Below, piece after piece: positions 24,317-38,399 of a stretch of DNA of 64,000 bases. The notes under the pieces are model-generated. The model saw only the letters and a list, made by a program, of their open reading frames with translations, did no database searches and was not told where the DNA came from. The stretch comes from Negaprion brevirostris (lineage: Eukaryota). The stretch's first letter is position 1; every line of letters begins with the position of its first letter. The stretch lies in NCBI GenBank assembly GCA_030324005.1, contig JARDVH010000163.1, positions 60,616,284 to 60,680,283 on the forward strand, in the 5' to 3' direction. Both the position numbers and the translations under genes were made by a program.

Positions 24317-27300
24317 TGTTGCACATAGATTAATTAAATATTTTCAAATTGGATCATTAGCTTTAATGGAGGGTGATACAAGCTTACTACTTTATGCTAA
24401 TTAGCTGATTATCACTTGATTAAATTTGCGTAGGTGATGTGACAATCATGACTCATTTAGAGAAAATGATGGCAGAGAGCAATGGCAGAGTGCACAGAGG
24501 TTATTGTCAGCCCTGAAATCCTCCACAAAGAAAATGATAGAGCAAAACCATCCCTGCAAACTCTGTGTATTCTAAAAACAGGAAAGATTATGCTCACATG
24601 GAGATGCAGGGAATTATCTGAGCATTATTCCTGTAGGTTATAATGTCAGATAATTCATGTTCAGCATTCACAATTCTCCATTAAAAAAAAAGCCTGAAAT
24701 CCTCAATTAGACTTCAGGTTGTTCAGTCCCAAGATATCCCTTATTCTGTATATAAATTACACAGACCCATCAAATAGATAGCAGCCTATCAGTCTCTCCC
24801 AGGAACCTGTTCTTCTATTGATTTAAACCATACAAACCTATTGCTCAGATTCCAGCTTCTAACTTGCTCCCAGACAAATCTATCACAACTCCATCAGCTT
24901 CCACTCTACCTCCAAAACAACAATCATATCAAATGTGTGACTCCTTCTTCTGGAGGCCTGGTTACTATTTCTCCAATTGATCTTCAAGATGCTATGATGC
25001 CATGACATGCACTCTTCCTGGTAGGTGGGAGGAAGCAGTTGGATAGTCTGGTTATGGTTTTTTTGCTTATTTGCAGCAATTAGTTTAAAATAAAAATGCA
25101 TTCAAATTCCTTGTCTCTTTCTTTTCTGAATTGCAGTGTATTTAGAACAATTGCAATCTTTCAACATACAATGTGACATTCATGGTTTAAACCACTTCCT
25201 ATTTCAATATTACAAATAAGCAAGACTGTATTATACCGATGCTAGATAATCAGAAGTACTGCACTATACGTGCAATGAAGATGCACCAAGAGTATCACGC
25301 TGTACCAGCCGTGGACCCAGAGAACTTATTTCAGGTACATCACTTTGGAGGGTGCAATAAATCTTTTATAGAAACTAATTAATGACAATTCAGATTTGCC
25401 TAAAAATATATATAAGGAAATATGTCAAAAAGACCAGAGTAAAGATTGCAGTGAGGAAAAAAGTTTCCTTCTGAATATTTTATTTAACTATATCTCATGT
25501 GGCTTCAACTCCTATTGGCTCAATGAGAGATATCCTTCATATGGGGATGTAATTAAGTGCCCACTAGGTTGCCGGTCCTTAGACATATTCAGGTCCTTAA
25601 CTGTCTGATTAAGTGGAGTTAAGGCCCTCAATCCACTGCCTTAAAACACAGCCAGAGTGCAAAAGTTGTCTTTCTCAGCATAGGGGCCAGGCCATCTAGA
25701 ATTGAGATGAAGAGGAATCTCTTCACACACACTGTGGTGAATCTTTGAAATTCTCTATCCAAGAGAATGGTGGAAGCTCAGTCATTGAGCATGTTCAAAG
25801 GAGATATAAGTTTCTGGATACAAGTGACATCAAGGGGTAGAGGGAGTAGCTGGGAAAAATGGCATGGAGGTCGCTGATCAGCATGGTTGGAATGGTGGAA
25901 CAGATTCAATGGGCCAAATGGCCTATTGCTACTTTGATGTTCCTATTTTCCTAAAACTTTTTTTTAAAAGGCTGAAAGGTAGGCGATGGGAGGACAGGGA
26001 ACAGTGCCCTGTGTGCTTTAACAGCACTTTCCCCAAGATGAAACCACCCTCCTTTTTGTTCCTCTCCATTTGGCCTCCAAAATGAGTCCCCTCCTCCCTC
26101 TCACCAGGGTTTCCACCTCTTTCTATCATAAAACCCCAGGATTTAGGTCGCACCCATGACCATCTCTTTTTCAAAAGCTTGAGCTGAGTTCTGGCACTGC
26201 CACAGCTGCCAACCAATCAGATTGTCTGATAGCTCTCAAGGATGTGGCTTCCTGTCACAGTCCTGCAGCAGCCTAAACCTCAGCTGTTTATGCCATGCAG
26301 CGTGTTATCAATAAGACAGGCTGCTTAATATAAGATGACTTTTCTTCCTCCCCACCCAGTAAAATCCAGTTGCAAATGTCTTGCCTGTGACCCTCCAATC
26401 TACTGAATCACACTTCCAACGCCTTGGTCTCCATTAAAACTATTATTCTCTCTATCCTTGGCATTTTTACTGGTACAGCCGTTGTATTTGCTCACTTAAG
26501 TAAATTCTTGAAAGAAAAGGGCAGGCAGCTGTTCTCATTCACCTCCACATCTGACTGGACCACATGGAACGGCACAAGGTCCTGCTTTCATTTGCCTCAT
26601 CCTGAAGTACAAAGATAAGCTGCTTCTCTCTATAGTGAAACACGAGTGAAATTTTACAACCCCTTTGGGAGTTGACTGGCAGGTGGATGGTATGTGAGTG
26701 TTTGTAAAATTGTGCTTTTGAGATGCGTAGATTCTCAAGGGGTTTGACAGGGTGATGCTGAAACATTGACCGCAATTTCTCCATTGTGATCCACAACTTT
26801 TCTGGTGGGTCGCGGTGGGAGACACGTGTTGCTGGCCTTGAACAGGGATTTGCACGTGCACTGGGAATGCATGCGTATCTCCATGAGCTGACAAACAGTC
26901 ACTGGTCAGACCACACTGAAACCGACGGGAAGGCAGGTAAGTAATTTAAATCTTTTTAAAATGTATTTTAAATATGTTTATTAGTTCATTATTGGGAATG
27001 TTCAGGTCGCCATTGAATCTCCCACCCTNNNNNNNNNNNNNNNNNNNNNNNNNNNNNNNNNNNNNNNNNNNNNNNNNNNNNNNNNNNNNNNNNNNNNNNN
27101 NNNNNNNNNNNNNNNNNNNNNNNNNNNNNNNNNNNNNNNNNNNNNNNNNNNNNNNNNNNNNNNNNNNNNNNNNNNNNNNNNNNNNNNNNNNNNNNNNNNN
27201 NNNNNNNNNNNNNNNNNNNNNNNNNNNNNNNNNNNNNNNNNNNNNNNNNNNNNNNNNNNNNNNNNNNNNNNNNNNNNNNNNNNNNNNNNNNNNNNNNNNN

Positions 27301-28973
27301 NNNNNNNNNNNNNNNNNNNNNNNNNNNNNNNNNNNNNNNNNNNNNNNNNNNNNNNNNNNTGCCTCGGGGGTGGGGGAGGGGAGGGTGTCAGCAAGGAGGT
27401 TCTGCTGAGGTAGAAGGATTGGCTACTGCTGGGGGAATAGGCTGTGCATTGAGATGCTCTGGCTCGAGAGGGGTGTCAGGGCTGGCCTGGAAATTGTTGT
27501 GGGGGCTGTGATTGGGCCACGAGGGCAGGGCTGGAGAGGCAGCATTGCAGTGCTCCCAAGCTGGCCAGCGATCGGGCATGCACCAGGGTTCCAGAACTGC
27601 CAAACTCAAATGTGACTCGCGGGGGGNNNNNNNNNNTTAATGATGTTCACGACTGGGACCTCTGCAGTGCACAGAGTGCGGAGATTCAGATGAGAAGCTA
27701 AACTGACAAAACAGTCGGGATTTAGAATAGTTTTCCCGCCAATTCTGCACTTTTGGGAGGCAATTCAGCACTTGTGTCCCATGGGGTGGAGTCTAAGTCC
27801 AGAAGGCATCATCTCAGAGTAAGGGATTGCCAATTTAGGCAGCGAAGGAGGAGGAATTTCTTCTGAGAGTAATGAATCCATGGGATTCTCTACTGCAGAA
27901 GGCTGTAGGGGTTGGGGCATTGAGTATGTTCAAGACTTACACAGACAGATTTTTAATTTGAGGGAATCAAGGGTTTTGAGGATAAGGCAGGAAAGTGGAA
28001 TTGAGAATTATCATATCAGATCAGTCATGACGTCATTGAATGGCCTACTTCTGCTCCTATGTCTTATGGTTAAAAGTGTGATATTGCTGTTGATTATTTT
28101 CAGTATGTTAATTCCTGTATTTTTCCTCTAATGCATGCTGCTTTCAAGTCAGAGCTCATGTATGCCTCCCTAGCCCTTAGGATTATTTCTATATTTCAAC
28201 CATTTTCCTGTCAATCTCGGTCAATTATCTGCCTATAGTAGCCACTCCAATTATGTCTCTGGATCTGCGTGACTCCCATTTTATGAAGAGTTCTATTTAC
28301 TACGCCTAGAAATATGTTATTACTTGTTCCTCCTAATCATGGCAGTGTTGCCTTTAATGGGATTAGGAATAGGTTCTAGTCCCACTTTGTTTTTATATAT
28401 TCATTCATGGATCTGGCTAGACCAACATTTATTGAATATCTCTAATTGTTCCTGAGAAGATGGTGGTGAGGTCTCATCTTGAATAACTGCAGGCCACGTG
28501 GTATAGTTGCACCCATAATGCTGTTAGGAACAGAGTTGTGGGATTTTGACATCAGATTGAGATTTAAGTATGACCTTAATGCTGACACTATTACAGTGTG
28601 GAGGTAGTGCTGCACGGTCAGGTGCTGGTTTTTGCATGAAGTATATTAAGGGGACATAGAAGATCCCATGACATTATTTCAAAGAGCAGGTGAGTTTTCC
28701 CTGGTGTCGTGGAAAATAACTATTCCTTAACCAACATCAACCCAAACAGATTATCTAATCATTATCATATTGCACCTTGCTGCGTGGAAAATGACTGCCA
28801 TCCTGTTATAACCATATACGTTTCAAATGTGTAACATTGAGGGCGCTGAAGTGATAAATAGAAATGAAAGTCCAATGTAATACCTGATTGATTGTCAGCA
28901 AAAACAATGCAAGTTCTTTATTTAAAGTGAAGTCAGAGCCAAAAACATGGTTTGAAGATTACTTGGTGGAGCA

Positions 28974-30279
28974 AACATGAACTCAGGCAATGGGTGACAA
29001 TAGGTATTGGCTGCATTATTAAACAACTGCAACCGTAGTCAAATGTTTAAAAAAATACCCTTGAAGTATCTTGTCATTCACATTATTCTGTCAGCACATG
29101 GTTTCCAGAAAAAATAATTCATTATTGTGAACTGAAATAATGCCTAAAGAATATTTTTAATTAAATGGGTCTGAATATCTATAACTTCTATTACGAATAA
29201 TGTCAACCCATCATTTATGAATAATGTATCTGTAAATTTAGATTTTAGTAAAGAGCACCTGATATTTCTGTAAATGAGCAGTGCCAATTTGGTAAACCTA
29301 TAGTCAGCATTTCACTGCACTGTATACTGTAAGTTTGAATGGAGCTTTCTGGGGGTCATTGTGTACAATTTTGGGAAAAGCTTTTTGTAAGTTACTTAAA
29401 ATGAACAGATTCAATTCCTTTTAGAAGTTAATGTCAAATGCAATGAATCAAACACTTTTGTGTTGCCAAGGATTTGCTGAGGTAAAAATGACCAAAGCAA
29501 TGTCTGTCTATTGCTCAGTCTTACTTTGGTCCCTAATTCCCAAACTGAAGTTATGTCACTGCACAATGATAAAATAATTCAGACCAAACAATATGAAGTC
29601 ACAATTTTGACTACTACTCCACTAAACATTGGTCCATATTTCACCTATACTTACAACTGGATGACTTGAAGCACCCACAACATTAATATTGAACTGTAAC
29701 TGAAGAATTGCAAGCACTTGATTCGGAATGTTGAACAGTGATAATTAAACAAAGTAATAACCTCTCCTGGCAAATTAGCATTTTATCTGTTCATTTGCCC
29801 TTGAAACATACTGCCTCAGGGCCTCAAGACCATTCAGAATTTTGATTTTTAGTTCTATATAACTCCCCACTCAGCCTTTAAGTAGTTTTTAAGTTCTAAC
29901 GTGAACTCAGGCAATAGGTAACAATAGGTTTGGGCTGCATTATTGAACAGCTGCAACCATAGTCAGCTAAAGATCCTGTTTAAAAAAAATCCTTAAAGTA
30001 CCTTATCGTTTACTTTACCCTGTCAGCACATGATTTCCAGAAAAATTAATTGATTGTTCTACAGTGAACTGAATTTATACCTAAGGAATATTTTTAATTG
30101 ATCAGGTGTGAATATCTATCNNNNNNNNNNTTTTGTTAATAAATAATTAAACCCAATAATTTATGAATAATTCATCAAAGTTCATCTGTAAATTTAGATT
30201 TCACTAAAGGACACCTGATATTTTATGAATCAGCAATGCTGATTTGACAAACCTCTAGACAGTATTTCACTGCTCTATA
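28974..30279 (+). repeat. Diverged ~350-bp direct duplication (28974-29325 and 29898-30279) in the intergenic spacer
   Basis: Colinear blocks such as TGAACTCAGGCAAT, CTGTCAGCACATG, ATCTGTAAATTTAGATTT and CACCTGATATTT. Confidence 0.9.
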
Positions 30280-31149
30280 ACATATTTATACCCTTTCTTG
30301 GTAGGACTGGGGTGTGGAGAAATTTCTTCACCCAGAGAATGATGAATCTGTGAAATTCACTAGCACAGAAAGTAGTTGAGGCCAAAATGTTGAGTGATTT
30401 CAAGAAGAAATTAGAACTAACTCTTGCGGCTAAGAGATCAAGGGATACGTGGTGCAGCGGGAATCAGGATATTGCCTTTGATGATCAGCCATGATCAAAA
30501 TGAATGGTGAAGCAGGCTTGAAGGGCTGAATGGCCAACTCCTGCTCCTATTTTCTATGCTTGCTATGTATCTTTCTAATGAAAAGCTGCTTTAGCCTCTC
30601 CATAGTTCAAATATTCTTTTGTAATGGGTGCCCAGATGGGTACCACAATGACTTATTCAACATCACTTCTTTATTAAAAGGTGAAGCGAAATATATGCAT
30701 GCACACACAGTCATTGAATCATATAAGGCAGAAGAGGCCCTTTGGCCCATCAAGTCTGCACTGATATGTGTGAAACATCTGACATCCCACCTAATCCTAT
30801 TTCCCAGCACTTGGCCCATTGCCTTGAATGTTTTGGCATGGCAAGTGCTCATCCAAGGATTAAGGATATGAAGCAATTCGCCTTGACCATCCTTCCAAGC
30901 AGTGCATTCCATTTTATAAGGTTTTCAGCCTCTATGTTCCCTTTAAAGTTGTACTCTCGAGTTTCCATCTGAATTAAGAAAGATTACATGGAACAGGCTG
31001 ACTATCTTGATCTATTTTGTTTTATTTTCATCTGTACTGAAAAGCTCTGAAACAGGCATTATTTTATTTCACGTATATTCCGTTAGTAACTGACAGCTGA
31101 CATTTTCTACATAAAGTGGCTGTAAGGCAATCATCCAAGTTTTATGGAG

Positions 31150-31680
31150 ATAAAAGCAAAATATTGCAGGTGCTGGAATCTGAAATAAAACAGAAAATGC
31201 TGGAAAATTTCAGCAGAGAAAGAATAAAGCAAAAGTTTTGAATCTAGATGACTCTTTATCAGAGCTAAGAGCAAAGAGAATCAGCAGAAATTTATACTAT
31301 GAGGCTGGGAGGGGGCATAATTAGACAAAGGGAATGTAAATGAGGATGAAAAAGGTTGAGCAAGGTGCTAAAAGTGTCCATTAAGTGATCAGAATGTGTG
31401 AATGGCAGAACAGAGGTACAGATGTTTAAAGGACCCAAACGCAAACTAGAGGAACAGCACCTCATCTTCTAGTTGGGCACTTTGCAGCCTTCCGGACTGA
31501 ATATTGAGTTTTAAAATTTCAGAGCATAAACACTCCCCTCCACATTCACCCCATTTCCATTTATTTTATTTCATTTTGTTTCTTTCATCTCATTCATCCA
31601 TATCTATCATCCTTCTTTCTCACTGCCATTTTTCCACTTCTCTATTCCAGCTCTGTTCTTTGCATCCCCCCACAATTCCA
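31150..31680 (+). mobile_element. Second Penelope-like family: inverted terminal segment plus ORF C-terminal remnant
   Basis: 31440-31514 translates RKLEEQHLIF*LGTLQPSGLNIEF, the end of a Penelope GIY-YIG domain. Related terminal pieces lie at ~43738-43820 and ~59012-59085. Confidence 0.75.
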
Positions 31681-33285
31681 GGACAACTGGCCGTAATCCT
31701 CAGACAGTTCCTTAACATCTATATCTCTGTTAATTGATAAGATTTTTAATCAGCCTCATTACAAGAGCACTGAATATATTTTATTCGTTCATGAGATGTG
31801 GGTGCTAAGACCAGCATTTGTTGCCCATTCCTAAAATATCCTTGAACTGATTAGCTTGCTAGGTCATTTTAGAGGGGCAGATAAGAGCAAAGTGCCTTGC
31901 TGTGGGTCTGGAGGCACATGTAGGCCAGATGAGGTAAGGATGGCAGATTTTCTTCTCTAAACAACACTAGTGAATCAGCTGGGGGTTTTTTTACAACAAT
32001 TGACAATGATTCCATGTCCATCATTAGCGAGACTTGTTTTCAATTCCAGATTTTATTAACCAAATTCAAATTCCACCACCAGCTGCCATTTGAACCTAGG
32101 TCCCCTTGAGTATTAGCCTGGGCTACTGCATTGCGAGTCCAGTGACATTACCACTATATCACCATCTCAAAGTTTAACTTCAGAGAAGAAGTTGGAAAAG
32201 GCTCTTTGAATTAATCTAATGAAGAAACTAAGATTATGAAAGGAATTAGCAAACCAGATACTGACGAATTATTCCCATAGTGAAGATGCCAAATCCCAAT
32301 CGACATAAACTGTAAATGAGGAAAATCGGGAACAAGAAAGGAAAATAAACTTGGGTGAATCTTTCCCAATCAAAGGACAATTGAATCAGTTNNNNNNNNN
32401 NNNNNNNNNNNNNNNNNNNNNAATAAGGAAAGCTCTTCTTATTCATAGGAATAGGCCCTTTGGCTTGTTTCATCTCATGGTTGACTTGTAGATTAATTCC
32501 ACTTTCTTCCTCATCCCAGTCCTGATTAATCTCTCTCTAAGTTTAAGGTTAGGAGAGGGAATAGTTGCTCTGCACTTACCCATCAAATTCCTTCAATATT
32601 TTAAATACCTCAATTAAATCATCCCTCAACATTCAAAACTCAAGGGCATACAAAGCTTACTGAACCAATCCTCATAAACTAACCCTTTCAACCCTTCTGA
32701 AGAAACTACAGTGCATGTTTTCAAAGGATTTTTCTTCAGGTGTGGTGTCCTAAACAGCAGTCCAATTGACATCTGACCATGGCTTTGTACAACTGAAATA
32801 TAATGATTGTCTAGTTTACAGCTTCTTTGAGATAGCTACTAACAAGGTACTAGCCGTTTGGATTAACTTTTCTACCTATCCCCTAGTCTTTTGTGATTTG
32901 TGAACATGGAGACTTCAATCCATTTGCTCCTCTCCAGCTCCTAACCTCTCACCATTAAGAAAATATTTCATTCTTCCCTAAAACCTCCAGCACTATCATG
33001 ATGTGCAATTCTACTGCCTGAGATAGATTTTACAGCTGGGGTACTGGCAGGTAGAATCCTATAGCCTGTCCATGGCTGGAAGTCTAAACTGCTCAGAATA
33101 ATCACTGTACATAACTTGGATGCACATGTGGGCAGAGCTCACTGTAACTGTTAAAACTTAAATAACTCACAATGTATCAAACCTGGAGTATTGAGATAAC
33201 TTGCAAATTTCTTCAAAACCCATGAACTGAAGCAACTACTTCGCAAAACTTCTTGCTGAATTTCCTACGCACTATTAGCTGGATT

Positions 33286-33406
33286 CTAGTGACAGGCATT
33301 TGAAGATTTGAAAAGAGATTCCGCCCCCTCCTTGAGATCTTCCGTCACTGCCATTGGGCCACCTCGATCAAAATCTTCAAACTGAATATCATCATCATCA
33401 TCATCA
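33286..33406 (-). CDS. SAG: Visual arrestin copy B terminal coding exon (DDDDDDIQFEDFDRGG...SSNACH*)
   Basis: ttcttag acceptor on the minus strand; DDDIxFEDFxR C-tail motif; TAG at 33288-33286. Confidence 0.92.
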
Positions 33407-34813
33407 CTAAGAACAAACAAAGAGGAAAAAATAACCATTAAAAATATACAGTCACATATGGTTGACACTTGCAATGAAATGGGCAGCCACGCAACACATA
33501 GTAATCAACTGGACAACTGTTGTTAGTGGATAGGAGATAACCACAAAATGGTGCTTGCCTCACAGACACAGGAGTGTCAGATTATGGGCTAAAGTTTGCT
33601 GTTAAAATAACTAAGGCTAATGGTGCTCGCCATTGTGTACAAGTAAATGCACAGGCGAGGGACAGATACACAGTTTAATTCTGCATGTCAAAAAGTTATC
33701 GTTCGAGTTGTTCTATTCGCTATTAGCTTCTCTGTCTGATTTCCTACTGAAATGCACTGAATGGTGTAAGTTCCCAAGTTTATGCATTTGATGCAAGCTA
33801 CACTAGTCACAGAATGCTAAGTCCTGTCATTCTGGTCTGAGTACTTTTTTAACAATGTGGTACGTGATAATTGTTTCCAAGTAAACTCTCTGGCACTGAA
33901 AATTAAGTATTAGCAATATGGAGCATCAGATTTTAATTATTAGAAATTTTAAAAATATAAAACATTTTGTGTAGTTTCATTTCTGTCTTTCTCTCTCCAT
34001 GTCCAATCTGTCTTTTCCTGTCTTTATTGTCCACAGTTCCCAACTGGACATTAAATTCACTCAATAATTTTACTATTCCTTCTCAGCCCTACCATTGTTT
34101 GTTTCTTTCTGAATCTACAATCTGACCGATTAAGGAGATGCATGGTTGCATGTGCTACTTTCCCTCATGACGATGTGACCAACTTGTGCTTTCAGCCATT
34201 TATCTTACAATTTTTTAAAAAGCCTGATGCCATTAGATGCCCTGCTACAGTAAAATCTGAAGCAATTAGGGAAGAGGAGGGTTTTTTAATTTTTTCATGG
34301 GACATGGGCATTGCTGGCTGGCCAGCATTTATTGCCCACCCCTAGTTGCCTGAGGTCAGTTGCGAGTCAACCACATTTCTATGTCGCACATATACAAGAT
34401 CAGATAAGGATGGCAGATTTCCTTCCCTAAAACACATTAGTGAACCAGATGGGGTATATGATGTACTGGGAGAAGTGAGTCTGTGTAGTGATTCATTGGG
34501 ATATCATGAGGGTCGATTTGTGTACTGATCCGATCTGACGGCTGCCTAAGAAGGTTGCATATCTTGTATTTACTGAACTCTGTACAGGGGACATCTTGTG
34601 ACACAGAAGCTCCTGATTTGAGTCTGACTCCGGGTCTTGATAGCCAAGGAATGTGGGTTCATAACATGGCCAAATAGGTTGATTATCAACCTGCAAATCC
34701 AATATGTCTATGGCAGTGGTTGGAGTGGGAGAGATTCCTGGTCAGCCTTGTTTGGTACAGAGTGGCATCCCTCAAACTATAGCCTCTGGTTTCAGACTAG
34801 TGACCTGCTTTAG

Positions 34814-35132
34814 GATGGCATGGTGACACAGTGGTTAGCACTGACACCTACAGCACCAGGGACCTGGGTTCAATTCCTGCCTTGGGTGTCTGTCTGTGTG
34901 GAGTTTGCATGTTCTCCCTATGCACGTATTTGCTCCGGTTTCCTCTCTCAGTTCAAAGCCGTGCAGGTTAGGTTCACTGGCCATGCTAAATTGCCCCTTA
35001 GTGTCTCAAGATGTGTAAGGGGATTAGTGGGGTAAATACATGGGTTGGGGGATAGGGCCCGAGTAAGATACCCTATCAGGGAGTCAATTTGATGGGCCAA
35101 ATGGCCTCCTTCAGCATTGAAGGACTCTGATT
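34814..35132 (+). mobile_element. tRNA-derived V-SINE (HE1-like)
   Basis: Same head and V-domain as 14153-14460. Confidence 0.85.
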
Positions 35133-35318
35133 CAGGAAAAACAAGTTACAGAAAACAGAGGCATGTGGTTTATCTACCCCATGCATCTCTAGGCGGGAGG
35201 AATCTCATAAGTCTAAATCTTAACTCTATAGCTGGGATACAATGACTACAGCAAAAAAACCCCTGGATTTTGGATAAACTGTCAGGCAAATGTGAAAAGA
35301 AATAAACCAAGTACTTAC

Positions 35319-35325
35319 AGACTTT
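35319..35325 (-). CDS. SAG: Arrestin copy B micro-exon, 7 nt (E-S-L)
   Basis: Minus strand: pyrimidine tract, then catag|aaagtct|gtaagt. 7 nt bridges phase 1 to phase 2. Confidence 0.78.
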
Positions 35326-35738
35326 CTATGTATTGTGAACGTGAGGAAGAACAAATAAAGAAAAATTAAGGTGTGTTTAATTCAATGTCAAAATTCAATT
35401 ATAGGAAACTAGCATATAGACAGGTATAGGACCAGTAATAACTTGGCTCAGACACAATTGTAAATACCTCAAAGGTATTGGAATCCATAAGCAATTCAGC
35501 CTCTGTGGTAACATTTCAATCCCTCCTTTCCTAGTCTCTCCCATTGTTTAAAATGTCAATGCACCAAGCCTCTTATTTATTCCAATTATGTTGAATTTTA
35601 ATGAACCCATTCACTCCAATTAAATAGAATTCCAATGGACAAAATTCCTTCCAATCTGTAGCTATAGTATAGGATTTAAATGGTGAACCCTTTCACAACT
35701 CAGCCCTTTGCAGATGTTGCAATATATTTGATACTCAC

Positions 35739-35791
35739 CAGTTAGAGATTTAGGTTGCATGAGCAGGAAGGGTAATTCCACAGCAACATCA
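35739..35791 (-). CDS. SAG: Arrestin copy B exon, 53 nt (DVAVELPFLLMQPKSLT)
   Basis: ggcag/gtgagt boundaries; VAVELPFxLMxPK motif. Confidence 0.92.
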
Positions 35792-37515
35792 CTGCCAATG
35801 GAAAACAAAACAAGAAAATCATAAACACTCAGTTCCAGGAGAATCTAAATAATTCAGAGCACTCGAAAGCCTGAATGGAAATCTTTCAATTTTTTCCAAC
35901 TTCACTTTTGATCCTCCAGTGACCTTCTGTTCCTGATGGCTTGGGATGCAATGCTTACAGCATCCTTCAATATATTGCCCAGCTGTAATTTCTAAGTAAC
36001 AGCAACAAGATTGATCCTACATGTGAAAGGCATGTGACCAAAATCTACTGACAAGTGAGAAAGTTAAGGAGAACTGAATGTATTTCCTCCTTAGGATTGG
36101 GCTGTGAGGCAAGGAGCAGGAAGGTGTGGGTTGGAGAGCTTATTGCTGCTAACTATCATGCTTTGTCACACTTGGCTGTTTTGCACCATCATCATACATC
36201 CACTGCAGTTCGTCTACAACCACTCTGTGACAGCCGTCATTCAACTACACCAAGGTCGACCCCGCTCTCTCTCCTGCTGTGCACTTTGCCCTGTAGAAGA
36301 GATCTATGGAGCTTTCAGCTCTGATCAAATGGTCAAAACACTGCCATTTTCATTTCTTGATGTCACTTTTTAGACTTAGTTTCNNNNNNNNNNNNNNNNN
36401 NNNNNNNNNNNNNNNNNNNNNNNNNNNNNNNNNNNNNNNCATTTCAGAAGCTTCTATTTACTTCCACAGATCCTTATTTATTGTCCATGTTTCTGAGGCA
36501 GACAGGAATGTGGATAGAATGTTGTATCTTATGGGTATTTCCTTGTTACTAATTTGAGAATGCTTGTTAATAAAATCTTCATCTTCACAAAACTACTCTG
36601 ATTATCTCTATCCTTCTTCTAACTTCTGAATCACATCTACCATCTGTTACCATTTCTCCTAAATAGACAAACGTACCTACTTGTTCCAGTGTGACACCAT
36701 CCACTTTAATCTTCACTCTAGTTTCCTCTAATATATTTCTACTTTTTTTTCTTTTTGCTGTTCATACTCAACCCAAATTCTAAATTTTTAGATTCTAATT
36801 GATCTATATTTTGTAATTTGATTTTGCTATTAGTTTTTAAAGCTTATTAGTGTCACAGGTAGGCTTACATTAACACTGCAATGAAAGGATGGATGGAATA
36901 CATAAGTGAATTGTACAATGATTTAAATTAGGAATCTCTCAAGATACAGTGGTAAATGATGGATCAAACATAAAAAATAGAAGCAGGCGTAAACCACCTG
37001 GCCATTCGAGCTTTCTTCACCATTCATCCTGATCATCCAACTCAGTAACTTGTTCCCATTTCCCCCCAATAACCTTTGATCCCTTTAGCCCCAGGAGATT
37101 TTTTTTGCATTTTGGGGCTTGATCGGGCTTAGAGCTTGTACCTTATCTCTGAACATAACTAAAGGCCCCAAAATGGGTTTGCTATCTTATTTAAATAAAA
37201 CAAACTTACAGCATTACGTGCACTGTTCAGGCAGTTTACCTATTGATGGATGTGTTACAGACACCTTTTAAAGAGAATTGGCACTTTAGCATTGAGCAAG
37301 AATAACTGAAGATTGTGGACAATGGCAGTGTTGTGATTGACATTGGAGAAACTGTAGAGCTGCCCAATTTTCCATTTCAGGGTTGGCATAAAGATGGAGG
37401 AGATCAACAAGATGAAGGGAATCTGTTATTTATCAGGCAGCAGAAAGATATCAAAGCAAGTTACACATCAGAGGTGGGAGAAGAGCTTAGAGTCTGATGC
37501 TGTGAGCTGTACTAA

Positions 37516-37998
37516 TCAACTTCCACAACTTTCAGCCTTTCAGCACTCATCACCTAAGCTGACTNNNNNNNNNNNNNNNNNNNNNNNNNNNNNNNNNNNN
37601 NNNNNNNNNNNNNNNNNNNNNNNNNNNNNNNNNNNNNNNNNNNNNNNNNNNNNNNNNNAAGTGGGTGGCTACTGAGGATTGGCATAGTTTGGTCCAGAGA
37701 TATCAGGTGCAGGCTTACATGACCTCTCCCCTGTCGATATTAAACTAATGAAAACTATCTGTTTGTTGAGACACAGTGCTGGGTCATGATGAGTAGTAGT
37801 TATTGCCAATATTGTCCTGCAATTCTCTGCCAGTGTGGTGCACTGCAAGTGTGATCTTTCTTTTTTTCCCTAAAACAACCTCTCAAAGAGATGACTCCTC
37901 ATGATTCAAATTATTCCACAGTAAGTCAGAAAGCCCCATTAATTCTTTGAGTCAGCTTAGGTGATGAGTGCTGAAAGGCTGAAAGTTGTGGAAGTTGA
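37516..37998. repeat. Perfect inverted repeat of at least 49 bp (37516-37564 and 37950-37998) flanked by TAA
   Basis: Exact reverse complement; the left arm ends at an N gap. Confidence 0.85.
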
Positions 37999-38297
37999 TA
38001 ATCTAGTTCTTCCCTGATGTCCAGGACAGTTGCTTTCCAGTGCTCTTCAGTGATGGCCCTGAAGGCTGTGAGAATCCAACACAGACCTGAAATCCAAACT
38101 GAAACCATTTAATTGGTATGATTTTGAATTACACTCAGTTGTGCTTTGAGACACAGGGGTGGTTTCTATAATGGGCACCCTGTCAGTTTTACACTTCAGA
38201 GGTAAGTTGAAAATCAAACTCTGATTCTGATCTTCAGAAAGCCCACAGTGATTTAGGGACTGATCTCAAATTTGAATGATTTAATATAAATTCTTAC

Positions 38298-38321
38298 CTG
38301 AACAAAACATCTCCCAGCATC
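38298..38321 (-). CDS. SAG: Arrestin copy B exon, 24 nt (MLGDVLFS)
   Basis: tttcag/gtaaga boundaries; homologous to the 24-nt exon of copy A. Confidence 0.88.
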
Positions 38322-38399
38322 CTGAAAGATAAGCAAAGGGACAATTTTACCAATAAGAAAATGACACTCGTAATATTTTAAATATCCAGTTAAAACTTT

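Noticed and set aside
33286-33300. C-terminal NACH of copy B as a possible prenylation signal
   Set aside because: The Cys is second from the end, so it is not a CaaX, CC or CxC motif.
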